From Chiloscyllium plagiosum (taxonomy: Eukaryota): a stretch of 64,000 bases of DNA. A program made the position numbers and the translations under genes. Where the stretch lies: positions 9,702,910 to 9,766,909 of the forward strand of contig NC_057718.1 of assembly GCF_004010195.1 (NCBI RefSeq), read 5' to 3'. The notes under the pieces were generated by a model, which saw nothing but the letters and a program-made list of their open reading frames with translations, did no database searches and had not been told where the DNA came from. Positions 1 to 13,272 of this stretch are shown in pieces. Numbering within the stretch: the stretch's first letter is position 1; the number at the start of each line of letters is the position of its first letter.

Positions 1-150
1 CCTCCCACACCCCTCCCCCTCCCAATTATCTCTCAGCCCTGGCCCACAAGCCTCATTCCTGATGAAGGGCTTATGCCCGAAACCTCGATTCTCCTGCACC
101 TCGGATGCTGCCTGACCTGCTGTGCTTTCCCAGCAACACACTCTCGACTC
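1..150 (+). mobile_element. Penelope-like element 3' end/pLTR with degenerate hammerhead motif (55-90)
   Basis: CTGATGAAGGGCTTATGCCCGAAAC followed by the ggatgctgcctgacctgctg tail found at the ends of PLE ORF copies in this window. Confidence 0.8.
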
Positions 151-235
151 AGTTCCTGGTCAAGTAAAATAGAGCAGAGCGAGTTGTTGAACAGCTTTCG
201 AGAACCTTCACTAGACTGCCTTCAGCTCAAGTATA

Positions 236-440
236 CAGGCAAGAGGCTGGAAGAACACAGCAAGCCAGGCAGCTTCAGGAAGTGTAGACGTTGACGTTTT
301 GGGTGTAGCCCATCTTCAGGAACCTTCTTTCACTTACTGTTGAAATGTCGACTTCTGCACCTCATGCTGCTGCCTGGCTTACTGTGTTCTTCCAGCCTCC
401 TGCCTGTCTACTTTGGATTCCACCATCTACAGTTTTTCTG
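236..440. mobile_element. Short inverted pLTR-like element (diverged PLE family) with degenerate hammerhead
   Basis: gctggaagaacacagcaagccaggcagc ... gctgcctggcttactgtgttcttccagc inverted arms; minus-strand CTGAAGATGGGCTACACCCAAAACGTC. Confidence 0.65.
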
Positions 441-792
441 TCTCCACCACAAGTCTGAAATATGCAGACCAAAACTACACATGGTATTCCAGATGTTTGT
501 CACCAAAGCCCTTATCATGGTAGTAAGTAAATAAGATTTTTTAAGCTGCCTGATGTCATCAGTTGTTAAGCCAGTGGCCTGATTTTTCATTGAGTACATT
601 ACTTTCTGTTTAATGACAGTAAATATTAAAAATACCTGAGCTACTGTCTTCTGCACTACAATTTCTGTTTTACCTTATATGTTTGTGAGCATTAAAGCAG
701 TCTGTAGCCTTTAAAACAAAACCTGTGCAGTGGAGGTTCCACTTGTGGGTAAATGGGAGTCTAAGATGCCCTTTATTATTGTCTGTCTTCAT

Positions 793-1660
793 ACGACCAT
801 AAGATATAGGAGTAGAATTAGGCCATTTGGCCCATTAATCATGCCTGATCTGTTTTTCAACCCCATTCTCCTGCTTTCTCCCCATAACTCTTGATCCCCT
901 TACTAATCAATAATTTATTTATCTCTGATTTAAATACACTCAGTGACTTTGCCTCCACAGACTTCTGAGGTAATGAGTTCCACAGATTAACCACCCTCTG
1001 TCTGAAAAATGTTCCTGCTCCTCTCAGTTCTAAATGGTTGTCCCTTCACTTTGAGATTGTGCCCTCGGGTCCTAGGTTCTCTTATTAGTGAAAACATCAT
1101 CTTTACATCCATTCTATCCAGGCCTCTCAGTATTCTGTAAGTTTCAATGAGAGCCCCCTCCTGAGTACAGACCCAGAGTCCTCAGCTGCTGCTCATATGA
1201 CCAGGATTTTATCCCAGGGATCATTCTTGTGAACCTCCTCTGGACCTCTCCAAGGTCAGCACATTCTTCCTCAGATACAGGGTCTAAAACTGCTGACAAT
1301 GTTTCAGATGCGGTCTGACCAGAGCCTTGATACAGCCTCAGCAGTATATCTCTGCTCTTGTATTTTAACCCGCAGAATGAATGCTAGCATTGCATTAGCC
1401 TTCTTAACTGCCAAGTAACCTCTGTGTTAACCTTAAGAAAATCCTGAGCCAGGACACGCAAGTCCCTTTGTTTCAAATTTCTGAAACCTTTTCCCATTTA
1501 TAAAATAGTCTGTACCTCCCTCCTTCCTACCAAAGTGCATTACCTCACACTTCCCCCACAGTGTATTCCATCTGTCACTTTTTGCTCACTCTCCTAGCGT
1601 GTCCAAGTGGTCCTTCAGCCTCCCTGCTTCAACACTAACTGTCCTTCCATTTATCTTTGT
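793..1660 (-). mobile_element. CR1-type LINE 3' fragment
   Basis: Reverse complement of the CR1 3' region at 58900-59970. Confidence 0.85.
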
Positions 1661-2253
1661 CACCAGATCCCGTAAGATGCTATCCTGTAAGTCTTTTAAG
1701 AAACCACAATTTTGACTGAAAGCACTGTGACTTAGTCTTATACATATGGAAATTCCCTTAAATGTTGAACAATTACACCAGATTTAATGTTTAACTTTGA
1801 GTTCTCTGCATGTAGTATGGCCACACAACTAATACAGATAATCAGTCTGTGGCTCATGTACATTCACAAGCAGGGGCCTGTTCTCTGCCAGCAAAAGGAA
1901 TATGTCCAAGCCCAGTGCTCTTTCTAAATTACCCAGAAACTTGGGGAGCCTATAGTTTGTTATTGCTCTTCCCATCTGAGCCAACTCATCATCACTGTCT
2001 TATCCTAGTGTAAATTGTTGTGATCATTTGAAATTTGGCATTCTCGCATTTGTCCTGATGAGAGAAGTTTCAGCAAATGTCTTTCTCTTCAGAAATAATT
2101 TTCATTTCACTTAGTTATAAGATTTGCAGTCCACATGATTAAAATGTAAAGCCTTGAGAACTTCAATCCTTTTAAAAGTACGTTTTGACATTCCTGACTA
2201 GTGCATTCTTAACCCAGCTGAAAGGTTTCAGCGACTGATAGTTTGCATTGAGG

Positions 2254-2384
2254 TTAGGTCTCTCTAATTGCAGCACGGATGGCACTTGCTAGTAAGGAGA
2301 GCCAGGTCATTTTGTCTTCCTCTGTCTCTGTAGCACAAATCCATTGGCGTTTTGGTCCTTGCAGAGCAAATGCATTTTGGATAT
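2254..2384 (-). CDS. ECT2L: ECT2L last coding exon (YIQNAFALQGPKRQWICATETEEDKMTWLSLLASAIRAAIRET*)
   Basis: PH C-terminal helix with conserved W; stop TAA at 2256-2254. Confidence 0.95.
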
Positions 2385-4169
2385 CTGAAACCGAATATTG
2401 GATAATTTTAACATTTGGAAACAAACTAACAGAAAATGATTCAGCTTCTGTGTACTAGAAAAAAAAACTGCTTGCAATCTGATTTAGTAAAAGCTGGTTA
2501 AAGTATAACTTGGGAGTCACGTTTGGACAGACAATAGATGTAGCCCTTATCTCTAACACCAAAGATGTTCACTGCCCCCACTCCATTCAGTATCCTTCCT
2601 CAAAATCGGGGCTGTGCAGTTGAATGGGTAGGCCATTTAAAAAGGTTAAGAAATTCACTGTCCTCTCTGCCTGGAGATATTTTACATGCACCAATTTTGA
2701 AGAGCAGAGTTCAATACTCAAATAGCCAATATTGCTCCATCAACCAAACTCCATTAGAAAGCAGATGGTCTGCCATTTATCTCAGTGCCGTTTGTGGGAG
2801 TTCTGTTTGCAAATTTGTTGCATTTCCTAACATTTCAAAAGTGCCAAAAACTTGAAAAAAAATTATTGATTGTAATAAGGATGGCCTTAAACTACGCTGT
2901 AACGAAAGTCCTTACCAAGTGCCAGAAATGAAATGGTACTTGCTGTTTTATAAATCTATTCCAACACAGTTTCCTGTCTTTCTTCTTTGGGGATATTATC
3001 CTGATGTTCCCATATTGGCCAGCCATTTATCTGGAATGACCAAACTGAGTTGTGTGCTGGTGAGGTGCACTAATACAGTGATTACATGTGAATTTTTATT
3101 CAATTGGGTACCAATCTTGGTGAGCCAGTTTGATCATTTTTATTTTGGTTTTAACTTTTAGTTGCTGGATTGAGTCATGGGGTCAGGGTTTTCTCTGGGG
3201 AAAACTTTCTTTAAAGCTAGATTCCTGAAGTATTCTTTCAGCTGGGGCAAGAGCAATGCAAATAAAGTTAGCACAGAATCATAGAAAGGTGCAGGAGAAG
3301 GCCATTTGGCCCTTCGAGCCTGCCCCACCATTCAATATAACTGATCATGCAATCTCAGTGTCCCATACCTGCTTTCTCTCCATAACCCCTTGATTCCTTT
3401 AGCCACAAGGGTCATGGCCACAAGGGCCATGTCCAGTTCTCTCTTGAATGTATCTAATGAACTGACCCCAGCTGTGGGAGAGAAATTGTGCAAATAACCT
3501 ACGGTGCTGCTATCTGTGACCTGAGAAGGTAGTCAGTGTTCACGGTGTGACATCAAGGACACATGACCAATTACACTAAAGTTATTCTTTAAAATCATGA
3601 ACAAAAACTACGAACAATAAGAAACCAATCCCTCATACCACAGAAGGCTAAGCAACATTCCTATTATCTTCAGGGCATAGACTGCAACTAAATCCTTGCC
3701 CTCTGAAAGTATGCATTTGAATATTGGATCATCTGAATATCATGGCCATCCCTTATGACCTTTTACCCCCTTGCGAGTTTATCTACTACTACTTTGAAGG
3801 ATTTGTAGACTCTGTTTCCATTGTTTTTTTTGAGGAAATGTGTTCCAAAAACTCTTTTTGAGAAAAGTCTCCTCTTTCTCTTAAATGGATGACCCCCTTG
3901 TCCTTAAACAGTGACCCTTTCTTCTAGATTCTCCCACAAGAGGAAATCTCTCCACGTCCACCCCTGCAAGAGCCTTCAGAAGCCTGTGTCTCAATCACAT
4001 TGGTGAACCTGGATACAAGTCTAGCATGAGCTGTCTTTTGGCAGAAGACAGCCTGCTCTGTCCAGTTATTTCTGAGAACTTCTGTGAACTGCTTCTAGTA
4101 CGTTTACACCCTTCCTTGAATAGGATTACCAATACTGTACAGACTTGATATAATTGAGCAGTGATGTAC

Positions 4170-4342
4170 ATTTGGAGTCTGGGATGTCTTTGATGAGCAG
4201 ACTGGAGAGAGCCACAGCCGCTAGGAACTGGAGAGACATCTTTGCAGTTCGTTCAAAGGGCAGGTGAGCAACTGTTCTTGAGGTGAAAACAAGGGCGTCG
4301 TTAAAGAGGAACAGATTCATATCGTTGATGTGCTCATAAATC
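4170..4342 (-). CDS. ECT2L: ECT2L exon, PH domain ([17 protein letters not shown]...IKDIPDSK)
   Basis: 173 nt; LFLFND motif; phase 2 to 1. Confidence 0.96.
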
Positions 4343-4705
4343 CTGGGGAGGAGAAACCATGTTCAACAATGAATAACATAATTGTACACTTTATATAGGA
4401 GCTGCTTGTATGTCGTTCAATAAACTATTGTTCAAGGCAAAATGCAGTCATCAACCCAAGCTCTGGAATTCTCTCACTAAATATCCTCATGTCACCTCTC
4501 TCTGCTTCCTCCCATCTTGTGTTCTGAAGACTTTCATTTATATAGCACCTTTTTGACCTCAAGGCATCCTAAGGTGCTTGATTGGCAAGTGAAAAACAAC
4601 ACAGGAGTATCACAACTTAGAAAAATCAAGTGACACACAGTGTCTTGCAGTTAAAAATGTTGTTTGAAGGGGTTGGGGGTACATTGAGACGGAGTGACAC
4701 TAAGG

Positions 4706-5290
4706 GAGGTCATGTTGCGGCTGTACAGGACATTGGTTAGGCCATATTTGGACTGTTTTGTGCATTTCTGGTCTCCCTCCTATCGGAAGGATGTTGTGAA
4801 ACTTGAAAGGGTTCAGAAAAGATTTACAAGGATGTTGCTAGGGTTGGAGGATTTGAGCTACAGGGAGAGGCTGAACAGACTGGGGCTGTTTTCCCTGGAG
4901 CGTCAGAGGCTGAGGGGTGACCTTGTAGAGGTTTATAAAATCATGAGGGACATAGGGTAAATAGCCATGGTCTTTGCCCTGGGGGTGGGGGGTCCAGAAC
5001 TAGAGGGCATAGGTTTAAGGTGAGGGCAAATATTTAAAAGGGACCCAAGGGGAAAATTTTTCACACAAAAAGGGTGGTACATTTCTGAAGTGAGCTGCCA
5101 GACAAAGTGGTGGAGGCTGGTACAATTACAATATTTCAAAGGCATCTGGATGGATATATGAATAGGAAGGGTTTAAAGGGATATGGGCCAAGTGCTGGCA
5201 AATGGGACTACGTTAACTTAGGATATCTGGTTGGCATGTACAAGTTGGAGCGATGACTCTCTTTCCATGATGTACACCTCTATGACGCTA
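4706..5290 (+). mobile_element. CR1/HER1-type LINE 3' fragment
   Basis: LYRTLVRP.L...WSP.YRKDV..LERVQKRFTRML...RLRGDL peptide typical of the CR1 ORF2 C-terminus. Confidence 0.9.
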
Positions 5291-5704
5291 TAAGAGTCTT
5301 TTGAGTTAGGGAAAGACTGCCTGACACCTTGGGTTGGTCAAATTGTGGTTTGTTACAAATCTGTAAGTGTTATCCAGCCAGAGCTAGCAAACTGAAAATG
5401 TATCCCTCTTCCCTTCTCCCAGTGAGTGGAAAAGAGATAAAAACAAGAAAGCATAAAAGCTAATTTAATGAAGACGAGACTTCAATCCACAGGTTAAACT
5501 ATCAAAGTGAAGAATGATCATTGCTTTCCAGATCACAGTGTGTAATCAGTGCTAAAACTCTATGAAATGTGAGGCACAATTTAACCCACACTATGCTCTG
5601 GAGTTTTCACTTTCAGAATTTTGTTCCCTATCTATATTTTTTCCACCCATAATGTGTCAAGCCATCTGTCTTTTGTTTGTCCTAATTGTGAATGAGTATT
5701 TTCT

Positions 5705-6020
5705 AATTAGATTACCTACAGTGTGGAAACAGGCCCTTTGGCCCAACCAGTCCACACTGACCCTCCGAAGAGTTACCCACCCAGACCCATTTCCCTCTGA
5801 CTAATGCACCTAACACTATGGGTAATTTAGCATGGCCTATTCATCTGACCTGCACTTTTTTTAGATTGTGGGAGGAAACCGGAGCACCCGGAGGAAACCC
5901 ACGCAGACACAGGGAGAACATGCAAACTCCACACAGACAGTCACCCAAGGCTGGAATCGAACCTGGGACCCTGGTGCTGTGAGGCAGCAATGCTAACCAC
6001 TGAGCCACCATGCCGCCCCA
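5705..6020 (-). mobile_element. HE1-type tRNA-derived SINE
   Basis: Minus strand has tRNA-like head GGTGGCTCAGTGGTTAGCA...GGTTCGATTCC and (AATCT)n tail; many copies in the window. Confidence 0.85.
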
Positions 6021-6424
6021 TATGTTTGTGTTTTGGGGGTTTGAAGGGAAATAGTTTAAGTTGCATAATTGTAAATTATTAACTCTCTTCTCTCTGCCAT
6101 GTTCAAATTAAAAATGAAAAGAAAATGCTGGACAAATTCAGCAGCATCTGTGGAGAGAAACCGAGTTAATGTTTCAAGTCTGGTATAACTTCAGTACTGC
6201 ATTCCGAAAAAGATTCAGTAACCTCAAAACATGAACTCTCCCTCTCTCCCCAGCTGCTGCCAGATCTGCTGAATTTTTCCAACATTTTCTCTTTTTTAAA
6301 TTCAGATTTCCAGCATCCGCAATGTTTTGCTTTTATTTCTTTGTGTGTTACAGTAAATAATTACTTTGTGTTAATCACAAAACCTGGTGTGATTACCTTA
6401 CCATGAATAACAATCTGTAAGGTA

Positions 6425-6778
6425 AACGATGGCCTAGTGTTATTATCACTAGACTATTAATCCAGAGACCTGGATAATGTTTTGGGGACGTGGGTTCAAA
6501 TCCCACCATGGCAGAAGGTAGAATTTGAATTCAATAATAATCTGGAAAGATGAGTCTAATGATGACTGTTAAAGCATTGTTGGTTGTCAGGAAAGACCAA
6601 CTGGTTCACTAATGCCCTTTAGGAATGGAAATCTACCATTCTTAATTGGTGTGGACTACATGTGACTCCAGACCCACAGCAATGTGGTTGACTCTTAACT
6701 GCCTTCTGTGCAATTAAGGATAGGCAATAAATGCTGGCCTAGCCAAGGGCACCCACATCCCATGAATGAATAAAAAAA
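6425..6778 (+). mobile_element. Second tRNA-headed SINE family (ACATGTGACTCCAGACCCACAGCAA core)
   Basis: A-box TGGCCTAGTG, B-box GGTTCAAATCCC, tail ATGAATGAATAAAAAAA. Minus-strand fragments at ~18210-18440, 33430-33720, 38850-39200, 45575-45715, 47020-47300. Confidence 0.75.
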
Positions 6779-7350
6779 GTCTGGGGAATTGTTTGTCTTG
6801 GTTAGCCAACAGGGTTTTGTACATTTTGTGAAGGTTTGTAAAACAGTATGTTTATCAGCACACTCCGTTAAGCCATGATAAAAGCAACAGATCTTTTTCT
6901 TTGGTACTGGTTGAGGGATTAGCAAGGGAGAATACCTCAGGTTTTCTTTAAAAAAAAATTTGGGATCTTACATCTCCAGCCTGGGACCTAGGCAAGGCCT
7001 CTACTGAAAGCACGTCCTTTGTATTTCTTTGAGCCATGAAGTGGTATAGGATGTCCAAACTTAAAATTCTACATAAATGCAGTTTTTTTTTGTTGTTTGA
7101 CTCAGTTTGCACTGTAGCTATCAGAATAATTGCTGATAACCCAAGCTCCCATGTCGATGTGTTCCAATAGTAACAGCCAAGAGGTTTCAAAGCTTTCTCA
7201 CGGCCAAGGGAGGGGAAATCATTGAGCTGTGTTGATGCATGTCACGGCAGGTATTCAAAGATACGGTTTCTACAACCAATGCAAACAGCTAGATCTCTCA
7301 GCAGGAGCTTCGGCTGTGTGCACGGACGAGGTTAGAACTTCAGAACCCAC

Positions 7351-7439
7351 CTGAAGGAAGGACAAATCTTTCCATCAAGGCAACTCATATGAGCCACTTC
7401 CTGAACCTGAATCAGGTACCTATTTGCCTCCAACAAGAT
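7351..7439 (-). CDS. ECT2L: ECT2L exon, PH start (ILLEANRYLIQVQEVAHMSCLDGKICPSFR)
   Basis: 89 nt; NRYLI.VQ.VA motif; phase 0 to 2. Confidence 0.94.
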
Positions 7440-9703
7440 CTGTAAAGCAATCACATCCAAATTTAACATGCAGCAAAAACCACTTTAGTGAAACAGATCA
7501 ATTTTAGAACAGCCCATTCTATTGTGGGAATTTCCAGAGACTGAGAGTGGCTCAGCTATCCTCTGACCCTTCTCTGTAGACCATGCAGCCCAATTGATTG
7601 GCACTTCTTGCATGACCTTCAACCTTTACTTCCTCCATCATTGATGTACTGTGGCAGCAGCATGTACAATTTACCCTGTGGTAAATCACCACGACTCCTT
7701 CCAAACCTAAGACCTCTTCACATCTAGAAGGAGAAGGGCAGCAGATAGATAGGAACACCACATGTTCCTGTACAAGCCACTCACTACCCCGATTTGGAAA
7801 TATATAATCGTTCCATCACTGTTGTTGGGTCAATGTCCTGGAACTCTCTTTCCAACGGCACTGAGGCTGTCAAGATATTTTCAGACACATTCAAGCCGTT
7901 CATCGTGATGTTTACTCTCCATAAAAGCCTCCACCCTGCTTATTTTGTTCTCATGCTATCCTTCCATTCCTCATCTGTTTATTTGCCTCCCCGTAGTTGT
8001 GTCAATACCATTCTCCTTGACCTGTTCACTCTCTGGTTAAATGTCTCTCCTGAATTCTCCTTTTGGATTTAATTCGTTACAGTTCTGATCCCATTATCTA
8101 AGAAGGGATGTATCTGCCATAGGCAGAGTGCAATGGAGATTCACCAGATTAATTGCTGGGATGGCCGGATTATCTTAAGAGGAGGGATGGAGGACAATTC
8201 CAAATTCTGCAGAGTTTTGAAAAATTAGAGGTGACCTAATTGAAACTTATAAATTCTCACAGTGCATGATAGGATGTATGTAGATGAGATGAGGAGGTTG
8301 GTTAGCTCAGTTGGCTGGTTGCAATGCAGAGTGATGGCAACAGTATGTGCTAGTTTCTGCACCAGCTGAGATTACCATGAAAGACACTGTCTTGAACTCT
8401 GCCTTTGCCTGAGGCGTGATGATCCTCTAATTAAACTACCACCAGTTGTGGACAGAGCAGGGCAATGGTTTGGTAGGACTAAGGGGACTTTCGCTTTTAC
8501 CTTTTTACCAGGGGAAACCCTGCCTGGTGGGTCTAGAACCAGGGGACCGAAACAGCCTAACCCTTACCCTGAAATGAAACGGAAGTTCTTCACTCTGAGG
8601 ATGGTGAATCTTTGGAATTGTTTGCATCCTGTAGAGGCTCATTCATTGAGCAGGTTCAAGACACAAATCCAAAGGTTTCTGGAGGCTAACGGCATCAAGG
8701 GTGGGAATGTGGCACTGAGGTAGTTAACCAATCATGATTTAATGCAGTGATTGAGTCGGTTTGAAGGGCAGAATGGCTTGCTCCTGTGTTCTTCCTTTAA
8801 GGTGGTTGGTAACACAGGAGACAGAGGGTAAGTACCTCGGGGGGGGTACAGGCAGAGAGAAACAGGGCATGAGGGATGACTGTCATTGAGGGAATAGATG
8901 AGAGGCTTCAATGCACAACAGATTAGGGAGGGGAGATAGGGCTGAACAAGGTGACAAGGACAAGAACAGGATGAGAATTTTGAAGGATTTGAGATCAGCA
9001 AACCCAGCAGTCATGGGCAATGCTCCCTTTTGTTGCTTTGTACCGAGCACTTTTAACAATGTATGTTACCTTTTTAAAAAAAAAAAGTGCTGGACATTGC
9101 ATACTCAATATCTTAAAGGGGACAAGCAAGGGCTGTGCAGAGGGTAGCAGGAACATTGGATGGGATTAAGATACGGTCAGCAGTGTTTTGGGTGAGCTGA
9201 AGTTTAAGTTCTTAAGAAGGCCTCCAGTTGGGAAGCTGGACACGGGACAAATGAAAATATGGGAGAGATGAATTGAGGCAGAGTGAGGAGTTGGGTGATG
9301 TTATGAAGTTGGAGATGGTGGTCCTGAACCTGATATCCTCGCATCGGCACGTGAATCTGTCTGTTTAGAAGTTAGCGTTCATTACAGCAATCTCTGGAAA
9401 AAGATTATGTAAAGTCAAGATCCCATCTCCATGTTGGAGACAGCAATAACAAACCTTTAATTTTATATGTAAAATTGATAAATTGTATGTAAAATGTTTT
9501 TGACAGCTGAAGGAAGCAGATCTGCATCCACTTTAAAAGATTTCATTATATTGTCATCTTCTGGCATTGAAAGGCTTTGTATTAATACAGCCCAAAGCAC
9601 ATTGACACAGTGCAGAAGCACAGATCCAGTTACTGGTGTCTGTCAGTAGAATAGAACTTAGCTCCACTTCCAGACATCAGACAAATGGCTACAATTGACT
9701 TAC

Positions 9704-9769
9704 CGGAGAGCCGGCAATGCTGCTCTGGGCTTCCACTATCTCTTGATCCCTCTGATGCCGCACTTTCAG
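9704..9769 (-). CDS. ECT2L: ECT2L exon (LKVRHQRDQEIVEAQSSIAGSP)
   Basis: 66 nt; acceptor tttgttccag; donor CCG|GTAAGT. Confidence 0.9.
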
Positions 9770-10689
9770 CTGGAACAAACAGTAACAGAAGGTTCAAATA
9801 GTGTCAGAAGATCACTTTATTGTCAAAGGCAGCTTCATTTATTTAAAAAAAACAGATTTATGCGGTGTTTTGAGCTGGTGGCAGGTGACGTAACCTCAAT
9901 TGAGAAAGACCTACTGCATCACAGAATCACACCCTAACAGAAGTTAGGAGCATCACCTGCACAAATCAGTACACTTGCATACACACCCAGATGTACACAA
10001 GACTATATGCTCAAATTTTCGCATATATATATATAATAGGCACTGTGCCTTGGAGTAGCGTTTGGAGGTGATTGTGTTCCCATGTAACTGCTTCCCTTGC
10101 CTTCTGAGAGGTAGAGGTTGTAGGTTTAGAAGGTGCAGCCTCAAATGTATTTGCAAGTTGCTCCGGAACATTGCACAGATTGTACAGGATATGGATACCT
10201 GGAGCATTTGGAGAAGTTGGCTGTTTAAGGTACCAACAATGGCAGAGCAATTAGACATGGGCTATCAGAAACAGAACATTGGATGGGTTAAATGGTCATT
10301 GCCTCGTTTTTCAATTTGTGCCCTGTTACTGTATGGTGCCCGCTATCAATCCCTTTCCTGTATGAGGAGGAGATGTAAAAAGTAAGATGTAATATAATGG
10401 ATGGAGTCAGATGCATCGCCAGAGATGGGTCAATAATGGGTCAATGTGAAGATGTAAATTGAGCAGTCTGTATTACCACTAGGAAATGGTGCAAAATCAT
10501 ATGAACGAGAAGGTGGATCACATGATCTAGAGGTTGCTGCCTTGACCTGTACATAGTATTTTACCATCTTTAATTAGAATGTTATGTTTGCAGACATCAA
10601 AAGGTCTCCGTCAAACATTTCCAAACCCCCTGCCTCAGTTTGAGTAGAAAATCTTGCGCTAATGTGTGAACACTTATGATCACATGACA

Positions 10690-12495
10690 ACAGGGAGGCA
10701 ATGGCCTAGTGGCCAAGGCAGATTTGAATTCATATTCTGAAATAGCCTTGTAAGCCATTCAGTTGTACCAATCACTACAAAGTGTCAACAAAGAAATGAA
10801 ACCAGACTGGTCACCTAGCAGTGGTCCAGGGATCGGAAGAGACAATGGCAAAAACAGCCCTGCCGACCCTGCAAAGTCGTCCTCACTAAGATCTGGGGGC
10901 TAGTGCCAGACTATCTCACAGACTAGTCAAGCAACAGCCTGACATAGTCATACTCACAGAATCATACCTTATAGGCAATCCCCCACACACCACCACCACC
11001 AACCCTGAATGTATCCTGTCTTACTGGCAGGATACACCCAGCAGAGGTGGTGGCACAGTGGTATACAGTCTGGAGGGAGTTTCTCTGGGAGTCCTCCACA
11101 TTGATTCTGCACCATATGAAGTCTTATAGCTTCAGGCCAAACATGGGCAAGGAAACCACCTGCTGATTTCCACATGCTGTCCTCCCTCAGCTAATGAATA
11201 GATATTCCTCCGTATTGAACAATATTTGGAGGAAGCACTAAGTGTGGCAAGGGCACATAGTGTACTCTGGGTGGGGGATTTCAACGTCCATACTAAGAAT
11301 GATTCGGCAGCAGTATTATTGATCAAGCTGTTCGGGTCCTAATAGACACAGCTGCTAGACTGGGTCTGCAACAAGTGGTGAGGGAACCAACAAGAAGGAA
11401 AAACATACTTGATCTCATCCTTACCAGTCTGCCAGCTGCAGATGGATCTGTCCATGTCAATATCGGAAACCGCACTGTCCTTGTGGAGACAAAGTCCCGC
11501 CTCCACTTTGAGGATAACCTCCATTCTGTTGTGTGGCACTATCACTGTGCTAACTAGGACAGACTTCAAGACTGGACATCCATGAGGCCCTGTGGGCCAT
11601 CAACAATAACAGAATTGTACTCTAGCACAATATGTAATGTCATGAACGGGCATATCCACGAATCAATGATTAACATAATGTCTGGGGATCAATGCAGATT
11701 CAATGGAGAGTGCAGGAGGGCATGCCAGGAGCAGCATCAGGCATACCTGAAGATGAAGGGTCGAACTGGTAAAGCCACCAAACAGGACAATATGCCCAAA
11801 CAACATAAGCAAAAAGTGACAGACTGAACTAAGCGATCTCACAATTAGCAGATCAGATCTAAGCACTGCAGTCCTGCCACATCCAATCAGGTATGATGAT
11901 GGACAGTTAAACAACTTGAGAAGGAGACTCTACAAATGTCCCCAGCCTTAATGACACATCAGTGCAAAGTTAAGGCTGAAGCATTCGCAGCAATCTTCAA
12001 CCAGAGTGCCAAGTGGATGATTCTTCTCGGACTGTTGGTCTCTTGACACCATCCAGGATAAAGCGGCCCACTTGATTGGCACTGCATCCACAAGCATCCT
12101 TTCCCTTCACCACCAATGCTCAGTAGCAGCAGTATGTACTATCTACAAGATGCTCTGCAGAAATTCGCCATAGATCCTCAGACTGCACCTTCCAAACCCA
12201 TGACCCTTATCATCTAGAAGGACAAGGGCAGGTAGACACATGGGAACACCACCAACTGTTAGATCCCCTCCAAGCCACTCACCATCCTGACTTGGAAATA
12301 TATCGCCTTTCCTTCACTGTCGTTGGGTCAAAATCGTGGAATTCCCTCCCTAAGGGCATTGTGGGTCAACCCACAACACATGGACTGCAGCGGTTCAAGA
12401 AGGCAGCTCACCACCACCTTCTCAAGGGACAACTAGGGACAGGCAATGAATGGTGGCCCAGCCAACGACACCCATTTCCCACAAGTGAATAAAAC
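10690..12495 (+). mobile_element. Internally deleted LINE (APE endonuclease remnant plus 3' end), CR1/L2-group
   Basis: GDFN (11275-11286) and PTRRKNILDLILT endonuclease motifs; 3' peptide KSWNSLP..IV...LQRFKK; 3' tail shared with the SINE at 6425-6778. Confidence 0.75.
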
Positions 12496-12618
12496 AAAAT
12501 ACAGCACAGGAGGCCTTTCAGCCCATCGAGCCTTCACTGCTTGGATTGATTTAGGTTTGGTTTTCAGACACCGTTGGAGCTGCCCGCTATGGCGAATCCT
12601 GTCCCTCGGTGGGCGTAC

Positions 12619-12775
12619 CTGCTGGATGTAATCCCGAAAGCGCTTGAGGTTGGCAATGGCTGCAGCGAGGTCATGGCGGTCCACATGTTGGATGGGAGTG
12701 TGTAGCCTCAGAGCGCTCAGCAGTATCACGTACTCATCGAAGCGGCTGCTGAGGCTCAGCAGCATTTCCTGAAGA
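12619..12775 (-). CDS. ECT2L: ECT2L exon, DH domain end (SLQEMLL...LRLHTPIQHVDRHDL...RDYIQQ)
   Basis: 157 nt; LHTP..HVD motif; follows a 126-nt intron. Confidence 0.95.
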
Positions 12776-12901
12776 CTAACGACAACAATGGAGACAGCCA
12801 ATTTAAAAGAGAATAAACCCAAAACTGGCAGTTGCCAGGGCTACTCCACCACACACTAATGCACACTCACTACGTTAGAGAGATGCCAACAGTCAGCATA
12901 C

Positions 12902-12975
12902 CTCAACATTTTTGTCACTGCCGATCGGTCGTGTCTGGTTAGGAAAACACGGAAACCTGGACTAGTGTTTCGACA
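12902..12975 (-). CDS. ECT2L: ECT2L exon, DH domain (CRNTSPGFRVFLTRHDRSAVTKML)
   Basis: 74 nt, phase 0 to 2. Confidence 0.95.
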
Positions 12976-13272
12976 CTGGAAGAACAGTAAAGCAAGGCTT
13001 CTGTTAATCAGCGAGAACCGAAATGCAAGTAGATCATCATCCCTATTACCCTCTCCTCTCAAGGTGCTGACATCCCCTCCCCGGGCTACACTTATTAGTT
13101 ATCAGTAGCTAATATCTACCCCATCCTTCTGGGCATTCTGAGCAGAGAAGGACAATACGAGATTTGTAAAACCATACAATGCTACAGCACGGAAAGAGGC
13201 CAGCATTGAGAGTGCAACAAAAATACTCAGCCAGGTCTGGCAGCATCTGTGGAGAGAGATAGAGTTAACATT

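Noticed and set aside
600..2250. ECT2L polyadenylation site (minus-strand AATAAA at 772-777, ATTAAA at ~1783-1788) or the 3' end of a convergent neighbouring gene
   Set aside because: Several weak candidates that cannot be resolved without transcript data; no coding exons of another gene were recognised.
5940..6020. tRNA genes suggested by A/B-box motifs
   Set aside because: These are tRNA-derived SINE heads followed by SINE bodies; no complete cloverleaf was recognised.
7200..7290. Candidate ECT2L exon ending ISPPL with GTGAGA donor
   Set aside because: The orthologous 89-nt exon is at 7351-7439 (NRYLIQVQEVA); this segment lacks similarity and is not needed for frame.
9953..10385. Overlapping 80-107 aa ORFs
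   Set aside because: No recognisable domain and not needed in the ECT2L exon chain; likely degenerate repeat or intronic sequence.
12831..12844. X-box-like GTTGCCAGGGCTAC in a short intron
   Set aside because: Imperfect half-site, far from any likely TSS; probably chance.
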